Assembly: GCA_045649365.1 (NCBI GenBank)
Contig: JAZRPU010000253.1
Span: 1-39,404 of the forward strand
Direction: 5' to 3'
Origin: Eubacteriales bacterium
GTDB taxonomy: Bacteria > Bacillota > Clostridia > Oscillospirales > CAG-382
Length of the DNA stretch: 39,404 nt
A program made the position numbers and the translations under genes. The notes below the pieces were generated by a model, which was given only the letters and a program-made list of their open reading frames with translations, made no database searches and was not told where the DNA came from. Shown here in pieces: positions 16,336-23,607 of this stretch. Each line of letters opens with the position of its first letter. Positions within the stretch are counted from its first letter, which is position 1.

Positions 16336-17553
16336 ATGAAATATGTTGTTGTTGTCCCTGATGGAATGGCGGATTATTCTGCCGAGTCCCTCGGTGGAAA
16401 AACACCCATGGCTGCCGCTGATAAGAAAAATATGAATACTCTTGCGGCATCGGGAAAAGGTGGAATGTGTTTAACAGTTCCTCCCGAAATGACTCCCGAA
16501 AGCGATACTGCTAATTTAGCTCTTTTGGGATATGACCCTCTTGTTTATTCAAGAGGACGTTCTCCTTTGGAAGCGGCAAGTATGGGAATAGAAATGTACC
16601 CTGAAGATACCGCTGTAAGAGTTAATCTTGTGGCTCTTTCGGACAACGGGGAGGAATATGAAAAGAAAATCATGCTTGACCACTCTTCAGATGAAATAAG
16701 CACAGAAGAGGCAAGAGTTCTTATAGAAGCAGTTGAAGAGGCTTTTGGAACAGAGTATAGAAAATTTTATACAGGCGTAAGCTATCGTCATTGCATGATT
16801 TGGAAAAATTGCTTCGAATTTGACGACTTTTCCCGTCCCCATGATATTTTAGGAAAGCAAATAGAAAAATATCTTCCTTATAAAAAGGAAACAGCTCCCA
16901 TGCTTGAGCTTATGAAAGCGAGCTTTGAGCTGTTGAATAATCATCCTGTCAATATCGCGAGAGCGGAGAGGGGATTAAAAAAAGCTAACTCTCTTTGGCC
17001 ATGGAGCCCCGGAAAAAAAGCATTTTTGCCTTCCTTTGAGGAAAAATACGGATTAAAAGGTGCTGTTGTTTGCGCGGTTGACTTGATAAAAGGAATTGGT
17101 ATTTGTGCAGGAATGGAAGTTCCTCTGGTAAAAGGTGCAACGGGTAACTTTGATACAGATTATTCTGCGAAAGCCACAGAGGCGGTTTCTCAATTGTTAG
17201 AAAAAGGTAAAGACCTTGTTTACGTTCACATTGAAGCTCCCGATGAATGCGGTCATAGAGGTGAGCTTAAAACGAAAATAAAGGCAATTGAGCTTATTGA
17301 CGAAAAAATAATAGGACATATTGTAAAAGAGCTTGAAAAGGTGGGAGAAGAGTTTAAACTGCTTGTGCTTCCTGACCATCCAACGCCTATCCCCAAACGC
17401 ACACACACTCGCGGAATGGTTCCTTTCTTTATATATGACAGTCGTAAAGGAATTAAAAATTCTGATTTTGTATTTTCAGAAAAATCTTCAAGAAACAGAA
17501 AGCTTAAGATTGAAAAGGGCTGTGAATTAATGGGATTTTTCCTTAATTCATAA
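16336..17553 (+). CDS. Cofactor-independent phosphoglycerate mutase, archaeal ApgM type (alkaline-phosphatase superfamily); possibly the proposed homoserine-kinase subfamily
   Basis: MKYVVVVPDGMADY, ESDTANLALLGYDP, HIEAPDECGHRG and VLPDHPTP metal and phospho-transfer motifs, 405 aa. Confidence 0.8.
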   Translation: MKYVVVVPDGMADYSAESLGGKTPMAAADKKNMNTLAASGKGGMCLTVPPEMTPESDTANLALLGYDPLVYSRGRSPLEAASMGIEMYPEDTAVRVNLVALSDNGEEYEKKIMLDHSSDEISTEEARVLIEAVEEAFGTEYRKFYTGVSYRHCMIWKNCFEFDDFSRPHDILGKQIEKYLPYKKETAPMLELMKASFELLNNHPVNIARAERGLKKANSLWPWSPGKKAFLPSFEEKYGLKGAVVCAVDLIKGIGICAGMEVPLVKGATGNFDTDYSAKATEAVSQLLEKGKDLVYVHIEAPDECGHRGELKTKIKAIELIDEKIIGHIVKELEKVGEEFKLLVLPDHPTPIPKRTHTRGMVPFFIYDSRKGIKNSDFVFSEKSSRNRKLKIEKGCELMGFFLNS

Positions 17554-17564
17554 TGGGGAATTAT

Positions 17565-18566
17565 ATGAATAAAGCATTTAAACAATTGATATGCTTGATT
17601 ACGGTTTTTTCACTTCTTGCTGTTTCTCTAACAGCATCGGCAGAAGAGGTTTCTGTTGATTCTTCTACACAAACGAAAAGGTTTGAAATAGATGATTTCA
17701 GAGATATAACCACTGCCAACGTTGAGAGAATAATGTCTACGGGTAGTTATAAAATAACTGACGTTGACCCAAATTCATTAACGTTGCCTGATAGCATTCC
17801 CAGGGAGTTGACAGATAAGCTGGAATCAACCCTCAACGGGTCAGCATACGCTTGTGCTATGTATTATATCGACCTTGAAACAGGCTTTGAGATAACGTAT
17901 AATGCGGACAGATGGTTTGGCGGTGCAAGTACAATAAAAGCGCCTTTTATGATGGCACTTCTCAATAAGATTGAAGAGGGAAGATTAAGCTTCGATGATA
18001 CCTTGACGTATAGCTATGACAGAACAGGAACTGTTCAGATATCAAAGGATTATGATTTGGGCGCAAAGCTCTCTATCAGATTGCTTATTGAATATTTGAT
18101 TTATTATAGTGATAACGTTGCATTTTCGTTGCTTTTGAATCAAGCTTGCAGCTTAAGTGAGTTCAGAAGCTTTTGCAAAAAGAATTATGGCGGAGATATC
18201 TATAAAGACGGTATAAATCAGCTTAATGCAAGTGTTGTTGCAAAGGCTTTCGAGGATTTATATCATAAATCAAAAACAGGAAACGAGATATACGTTTGGT
18301 ATATTGAGCTTTTGAAACAAGCAAACGAAAATAAGTTTGTGAAAAACGGATTGCCGAGAGATGAAAACGGTAAATGCTTGTACGAAGTGGCTCATAAATA
18401 CGGAATGGATATTAACGCCTCCAACGATGCCGCGATAGTATTTTGCGGGGAACGCCCATACGTTCTCATTGTTTTGACTGATTATATTGGATATAATACT
18501 CAATCATTCATAAACAAGGTTTCTGCGGCTGTATATGATATTCACCAGCATATTATAAAATCATAG
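17565..18566 (+). CDS. Secreted class-A beta-lactamase-fold serine hydrolase
   Basis: Signal peptide. STIK (SxxK), YYSDN (SDN) and HKYG (KTG-like) motifs. The start follows a GGGGA RBS; the track start at 17553 overlaps the apgM stop codon. Confidence 0.7.
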   Translation: MNKAFKQLICLITVFSLLAVSLTASAEEVSVDSSTQTKRFEIDDFRDITTANVERIMSTGSYKITDVDPNSLTLPDSIPRELTDKLESTLNGSAYACAMYYIDLETGFEITYNADRWFGGASTIKAPFMMALLNKIEEGRLSFDDTLTYSYDRTGTVQISKDYDLGAKLSIRLLIEYLIYYSDNVAFSLLLNQACSLSEFRSFCKKNYGGDIYKDGINQLNASVVAKAFEDLYHKSKTGNEIYVWYIELLKQANENKFVKNGLPRDENGKCLYEVAHKYGMDINASNDAAIVFCGERPYVLIVLTDYIGYNTQSFINKVSAAVYDIHQHIIKS

Positions 18567-18615
18567 AGAAAAATAAGAAGAGAGTTTATATATCAATTTC
18601 ATAAGGTAGGAAAAA

Positions 18616-20769
18616 ATGGATTTTGTAAAAGAGTTATCAACACAGTTTTCTTGTGATGAAAAATACGTTTCGAACATAATAACGCTTCTTGACGAGGGAA
18701 ATACAATTCCCTTTATTGCAAGATATAGAAAAGAGCTTCATGGCTCAATGGATGACCAGAAGATTCGCGAAATAGCAGAACAGCTTGAGTATTTAAGAGC
18801 GTTAGAAGCTCGTCGCGAAGAAGTAAGGGAGCTTATAGCCGCTCAAGAAAAGCTTACAGATGAAATCAGCGAGGCTTTGGATAAAGCAAAGACTTTGGCT
18901 GAAATAAACGATATATATCTGCCTTTCAGACCAAAGAGAAAAACAAAAGCCTCCATTGCGAGAGCTAAAGGTCTTGAGCCTCTTGCAGATTTGATATTTG
19001 CTCAAACAGAAACAGAAGACCCGCTTGTTATGGCTGAAGCTTACGTTAATCCCGAATTAGAGGTGGAAACAAGAGAAGCGGCGTTGGAAGGCGCGTTACA
19101 TATTATCGCTGAAAATATCTCTGATAATGCGGAAATCAGAAAAATTCTTCGTGCATTGCTTTGGAGTGATGGCGAAATTGTAACAAAAGCATCAGATGCT
19201 GAAGCCGAAACGGTTTACACCATGTATTACGATTACAGAGAGCCGCTCAAAACTGTTCCTACCCATCGCGTGCTTGCTATTAACCGTGGAGAAAAAGAGG
19301 AAGCGTTAAAGGTTTCTGTTGAGCTTGACAAAGATAAAGCTTTGTCAAAAATTCTTTCAATGATAATTCTCAATAATTCTATGTGTGCAAAAGCAGTGAA
19401 CGAAGCGGCCGAAGATGCATACACAAGACTTATCTTCAGCTCTGTTTCAACGGAAATCAGAAGAGATCTTTCTGATAAGGCGTGCGAAGAATCCATGAAG
19501 GTGTTTAAGGTGAATCTTAAACAATTGCTCATGCAACCGCCTATAAAAGGATACGTTACAATTGGTCTTGACCCCGGATACAGAACGGGTTGTAAAGTTG
19601 CTGTTGTTGACTCTACAGGCAGAGTTCTTGATACGGGCGTTATTTATCCTACACATTCCCAAACAAAAATAGATGAAGCAAAAGCATTTATTAAAAAGCT
19701 TATAGTGAAGCATTCCGTCAAAGCAATAGCTATTGGTAACGGAACAGCGTCAAGAGAAACAGAAGCTTTTGCCGCTGAAGTTTTAAAAGAACTTCCCGAT
19801 TGTGGCGCGGCATACGTTATGGTTGATGAATCGGGTGCTTCTGTTTATTCAGCCTCCAAGTTAGCCGCTGATGAATTTCCGGATTTTGACTTAACGCTCA
19901 GAAGTGCAGTATCTATTGCAAGAAGGCTTCAAGATCCCCTTGCAGAGCTTGTTAAAATCGATCCCAAGGCTTTGGGCGTTGGACAGTATCAACATGACAT
20001 GCCCCAAAAACGCCTTTCCGAAACCCTTGACGGTGTTGTGGAAGATTGTGTTAACAGCGTTGGTGCTGATTTGAATACTGCTTCCCCCGCTTTGCTTTCA
20101 AGAGTATCGGGCTTGACAAGTGCGGTTTGCAAAAATATTGTAAAGTACCGTGAAGAAAACGGTGCTTTCAAGTCGAGAAAAGAACTCCTTAAAGTTCCAA
20201 AGCTTGGTGCGAAAGCTTTCGAGCAATGTGCAGGATTTTTGCGCGTAGCAGAGAGTAGCAACCCATTGGATAACACTGCTGTTCACCCTGAATCTTATGA
20301 AGCGGCAGAATCTATAATAACCCGTTGCGGCTTCACCTTGGAACAGCTTAAAAAAGGCGGTCTTTCCACAGTGAAAGAGGCTGCTGTTGACATTGGCGTC
20401 GGTAATCTTGCCCGAGAATTGGGAATGGGGCTTCCTACAGTTGCCGATATTCTTTCTGAACTTGCAAAGCCGGGTCGTGACCCTCGTGACGATTTACCCA
20501 AACCTATACTTAAAACTGACGTGCTTGACATTAAAGATTTGAGAGAGGGAATGGTGTTGAGCGGAACTGTCAGAAACGTTGTTGATTTTGGCGTTTTCAT
20601 TGATATTGGTGTTCATCAATCGGGCTTGGCTCATATTTCTCAACTTTGTGATAAATATATCCGTCATCCGTCAGAAGTGCTTAAAATCGGTGACGTTGTT
20701 CAAACAAAGGTTATTTCCGTTGACGTTGCCAAAGGAAAGATAGGTCTTACTTTAAAAGGAATAAAATAA
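18616..20769 (+). CDS. tex: Tex-like transcription accessory protein (YqgF/RuvC-like, HhH and S1 domains)
   Basis: 717 aa. N-terminus TIPFIARYRKE, central GLDPGYRTGCKVAVVD and a C-terminal S1 domain (GMVLSGTVRNVVDFGVFIDIGV). Confidence 0.93.
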   Translation: MDFVKELSTQFSCDEKYVSNIITLLDEGNTIPFIARYRKELHGSMDDQKIREIAEQLEYLRALEARREEVRELIAAQEKLTDEISEALDKAKTLAEINDIYLPFRPKRKTKASIARAKGLEPLADLIFAQTETEDPLVMAEAYVNPELEVETREAALEGALHIIAENISDNAEIRKILRALLWSDGEIVTKASDAEAETVYTMYYDYREPLKTVPTHRVLAINRGEKEEALKVSVELDKDKALSKILSMIILNNSMCAKAVNEAAEDAYTRLIFSSVSTEIRRDLSDKACEESMKVFKVNLKQLLMQPPIKGYVTIGLDPGYRTGCKVAVVDSTGRVLDTGVIYPTHSQTKIDEAKAFIKKLIVKHSVKAIAIGNGTASRETEAFAAEVLKELPDCGAAYVMVDESGASVYSASKLAADEFPDFDLTLRSAVSIARRLQDPLAELVKIDPKALGVGQYQHDMPQKRLSETLDGVVEDCVNSVGADLNTASPALLSRVSGLTSAVCKNIVKYREENGAFKSRKELLKVPKLGAKAFEQCAGFLRVAESSNPLDNTAVHPESYEAAESIITRCGFTLEQLKKGGLSTVKEAAVDIGVGNLARELGMGLPTVADILSELAKPGRDPRDDLPKPILKTDVLDIKDLREGMVLSGTVRNVVDFGVFIDIGVHQSGLAHISQLCDKYIRHPSEVLKIGDVVQTKVISVDVAKGKIGLTLKGIK

Positions 20770-20797
20770 GCATATCGCACAAAGTTATCACAGCGTG

Positions 20798-20835
20798 AAA
20801 AAAGCTTCTCTCGAAATACGGGAGAAGCTTTTTGA
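20798..20835 (+). terminator. Rho-independent terminator after tex
   Basis: Stem AAGCTTCTC / GAGAAGCTT with A- and T-flanks and a T-run. Confidence 0.8.
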
Positions 20836-20850
20836 ATATGTAAACAAATA

Positions 20851-20889
20851 CTCTCCCTTGTGGCGTTTAGTCACAAGGGAGAGCTTTTT
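20851..20889. terminator. Second 12-bp hairpin, probably a bidirectional terminator shared with the convergent 815-aa gene
   Basis: CTCTCCCTTGTG / CACAAGGGAGAG with T-rich sequence after the stem on both strands. Confidence 0.7.
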
Positions 20890-20946
20890 AATAAGTTAAA
20901 TTGGGTTTATGCTTTTTAAAAATTGCAATTTAATAGTTGGAAAGGT

Positions 20947-23394
20947 TTATGCATACAAGTTATAATTTCCCAAGAAGTAGCCTTTTACTTTGAGATAGTC
21001 TGTAGAAGATAAATCGTCATTACTATCTACATCAGCAGCGGCTTTGTATTCATCTTTTAAAGAAATTGTTCCATAGAAATGTGCTTTAATTTGCAAATAA
21101 TCTGAAGCAGAAATTGTTCCTGACCCGTCAGTATCTCCTTTAACAATAACGGTATATTCATTACCATCAATATTCACTTTACAGCCTGTTCCAACGTAAT
21201 CATTATCTTTAAGGGCTTTACCGTCTTTATCTGTAACAGATGCGGTAATGTTAGAGCTTTCAAGGGCAGATATCATTTTGGAAACAGTTGTTCTTTCAAC
21301 AATATTAGGCATTGTGTTGTTTGAGTTGTTGAGATAATAAGAGTTTTCAGGGTCTGCAGTTATGCGAGAATAAAAATCAACTGAATTTTCCGCGCCGAGA
21401 ACGCAACAGTAATCGCCTCTTGTTGTGCCTCTAACGTCTTTAGCTTCAAATATAAATTCTGCATCATCTGCTACACCGTCAAGGATACGGAATTGGATTG
21501 TAACAACGAGGTCACCATCGTTGATAAGTCCGTGATATTCTTCACCTTCTTTTGCTCCTTGATATTGAAGGAGGTCAATAAAGCGGAGGTGATAATATTT
21601 GTTTTCGGGTTCGTATGCAGAAATTTGTTCATAACGGCGCATTGGGAATTCCATGCCGCCTGTTACCAATGTGTACATAGGAACTTTTGTCATGAATACG
21701 TCCATAGGAGTTTCATACTCTTGAACCACACCTTCAACAAGTGTGGGGTCGAATGTGAGTTTGAACTCAACAGCGTCAAGTTCAATTTTAACGTCTTTGA
21801 TAGAGAGAACAACGTCGATGATAGAGCTGTCTTCTTCATTTAACGTTGCGCTCATGTCCAAACCAAAATAACCATTTTCAGTAAAATCTTCAGAGGAATC
21901 TTCAGAGGGATCTTCAGAGGAATCTTCGGATGATTCATCTTCAATCTTAACAATATTATATTGTTGGCAAATATTTCCTTCATAAAATGACCAGTATTGA
22001 ACGTTGAAGTCAACACCGTTTACGTCAATAACTTTATCCTGAATGCCAACGGGCGAAATTGCATATTTGCCGTTTACTTCGAAGATGCGGAATGTTTGTT
22101 CTGTATCAGAAACGTATACGTTTGCAAGAGCGGCGGAGAGGTCGCCTTGGATGGATAGATACTTGCCGAGCGCTTTGTTGGTGATTGTGTATGCATTTGT
22201 AGCATCAACCTTTACAAAGTGCCATACTTGAGCATCGCTGCCATTTGCTACATCTGCAATAACGTTGGTATAATCGTCTGCGGTGAAAGTTTTGTCAAGA
22301 CCAGGAACATTGATGTTTGCATAGAAGTCATCGCCCAGGTCTACAAATTTTTTGTAAACATCAAAACCTCCAACGAGATAGCCTTTAATTTGAGTATAGT
22401 CCGTAGAGGAGATTATTCCGTCACCGTTAGTATCAGCAGCTTGGAAATATTCGCTTTCTAAAGGATAAACGTTAAGGAAATAATATTTCGCTTTAAGATA
22501 ATCCGTTGAGCTAATATCACCGGACCCGTCTACGTCGCCTTTAACAATAACGGTATATTCGTTACCATCAATAGTTGCTTTACAGCCTGTTCCAACGTAA
22601 TCATTATCCTTAAGAGCTTTACCGTCTTTATCTGTAACAGATGCGGTAATGCCTGATTTTTCAAGGTCAGATATCATTTCAGAAGCAGTTGTTCTTTCAA
22701 CAACGTTGGGCATTGTGTTGTTTGAGTTGTTGAGATAATAAGGGTTTTTAGAGCCCGCGGGTAAACGTGGGTCTAAAGCAGATGAATTATCTGCACCGGA
22801 AACGAAGTCCAAATAGCTTCTTGTTATACCTATAACGTTTTTAGCTTCAAATACAAATTTTGCATTTGCGGGAACAGTATCAAGAATGCGGAATTGAACT
22901 GTAACAACGAGGTCGCCATCGTTGATAAGTCCGTGATATTCTTCACCTTCTTTTGCTCCTGCATATTGAAGGAGGTCGATGAAGCGGAGGTGATAATATT
23001 TGTTTTTGGGTTCGTATGTGCAGATTTGTTCATAACGGCGCATAGGAATTTCCATGCCGCTTGTTACCAATGTGTACATAGGGACTTTTGTCATGAAAAC
23101 GTCCATAGGACCTGCAGACTTTTGAACAACACCTTCAACAAGTGTAGGGTCGAACGTGAGGAGAAGTTCTACTGAATCAAGTTCAGTCTTAATATCTTTG
23201 ATAGAAAGAACTACGTCGATGATAGAGCTGTCTTTTTCATTCAACGTTGCGCTCATGTCGAAGCCAAAAGCGTAGTCGGATGAATCGTCAGTAGCTGATT
23301 CATTTTCGAGAGAAGCTGCGGATGCTGTGTAGGAAATGCAAGTTGTGACAAGCATCATAACTACAAGAGCGAAAGATAAGATTCTCTTTGTCAT
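20947..23394 (-). CDS. Secreted modular protein: [cohesin-like, X-module, dockerin], ricin-type beta-trefoil, acidic linker, [cohesin-like, X-module, dockerin]
   Basis: Signal peptide (ASAAS). Two copies of a module of about 305 aa (aa 43-347 and 510-815). Four EF-hand-like dockerin loops (GDVDGSGDISSTD, ADTNGDGIISSTD, GDTDGSGTISASD, ADVDSNDDLSSTD). QxW-type repeats in aa 350-484. Confidence 0.85.
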   Translation of the reverse strand: MTKRILSFALVVMMLVTTCISYTASAASLENESATDDSSDYAFGFDMSATLNEKDSSIIDVVLSIKDIKTELDSVELLLTFDPTLVEGVVQKSAGPMDVFMTKVPMYTLVTSGMEIPMRRYEQICTYEPKNKYYHLRFIDLLQYAGAKEGEEYHGLINDGDLVVTVQFRILDTVPANAKFVFEAKNVIGITRSYLDFVSGADNSSALDPRLPAGSKNPYYLNNSNNTMPNVVERTTASEMISDLEKSGITASVTDKDGKALKDNDYVGTGCKATIDGNEYTVIVKGDVDGSGDISSTDYLKAKYYFLNVYPLESEYFQAADTNGDGIISSTDYTQIKGYLVGGFDVYKKFVDLGDDFYANINVPGLDKTFTADDYTNVIADVANGSDAQVWHFVKVDATNAYTITNKALGKYLSIQGDLSAALANVYVSDTEQTFRIFEVNGKYAISPVGIQDKVIDVNGVDFNVQYWSFYEGNICQQYNIVKIEDESSEDSSEDPSEDSSEDFTENGYFGLDMSATLNEEDSSIIDVVLSIKDVKIELDAVEFKLTFDPTLVEGVVQEYETPMDVFMTKVPMYTLVTGGMEFPMRRYEQISAYEPENKYYHLRFIDLLQYQGAKEGEEYHGLINDGDLVVTIQFRILDGVADDAEFIFEAKDVRGTTRGDYCCVLGAENSVDFYSRITADPENSYYLNNSNNTMPNIVERTTVSKMISALESSNITASVTDKDGKALKDNDYVGTGCKVNIDGNEYTVIVKGDTDGSGTISASDYLQIKAHFYGTISLKDEYKAAADVDSNDDLSSTDYLKVKGYFLGNYNLYA
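20950..21867 (-). repeat. Cohesin-like / X / dockerin module, copy 2 (aa 510-815 of the 815-aa protein)
   Basis: See copy 1. The dockerin part is more diverged than the cohesin-like and X parts. Confidence 0.85.
21887..21934 (-). repeat. Four tandem 12-nt units encoding the acidic SSED linker
   Basis: Plus-strand ATCTTCAGAGGA / ATCTTCAGAGGG / ATCTTCAGAGGA / ATCTTCGGATGA, in frame (ESSEDSSEDPSEDSSED). Confidence 0.8.
21943..22347 (-). other. Ricin-type beta-trefoil lectin-like module (aa 350-484 of the 815-aa protein)
   Basis: Repeated Q-x-aromatic motifs at trefoil-like spacing: AQVWHF, EQTFRIF, VQYWSF, QQYNIV. Confidence 0.55.
22354..23268 (-). repeat. Cohesin-like / X / dockerin module, copy 1 (aa 43-347 of the 815-aa protein)
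   Basis: Direct repeat of 20950-21867 at a 1401-nt offset. By eye about 90 percent nucleotide identity over the best-conserved stretches, for example 22881-23120 versus 21480-21719. Confidence 0.85.
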
Positions 23395-23450
23395 TTTTTA
23401 AAAAAATCCTTTCAAATTGTTTGAATTTGTTGAAATAAATTCATATTCAT

Positions 23451-23479
23451 ATTATAACATATAAAGAATTATATGTCAA
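23451..23479 (-). promoter_or_regulatory. Consensus sigma-A promoter of the 815-aa dockerin gene
   Basis: Minus strand: TTGACA (23479-23474), 17-nt spacer, TATAAT (23456-23451). Confidence 0.65.
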
Positions 23480-23555
23480 TACAAAAAGCGCGGGAGATGT
23501 TATGGCTTTTGATATAAAACAGAGCTTTAACGCACAATTTTTATAAACGGTGTAA

Positions 23556-23596
23556 CGAAAAAAGCTGTGCTCCCAAGCGAGAACACAGCTTTTTAT
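23556..23596 (-). terminator. Rho-independent terminator after the 744-aa dockerin gene
   Basis: Stem AAAAAAGCTGTG / CACAGCTTTTT with an inner extension, and a T6 run on the minus strand. Confidence 0.8.
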
Positions 23597-23607
23597 AAGA
23601 TTAGAAA

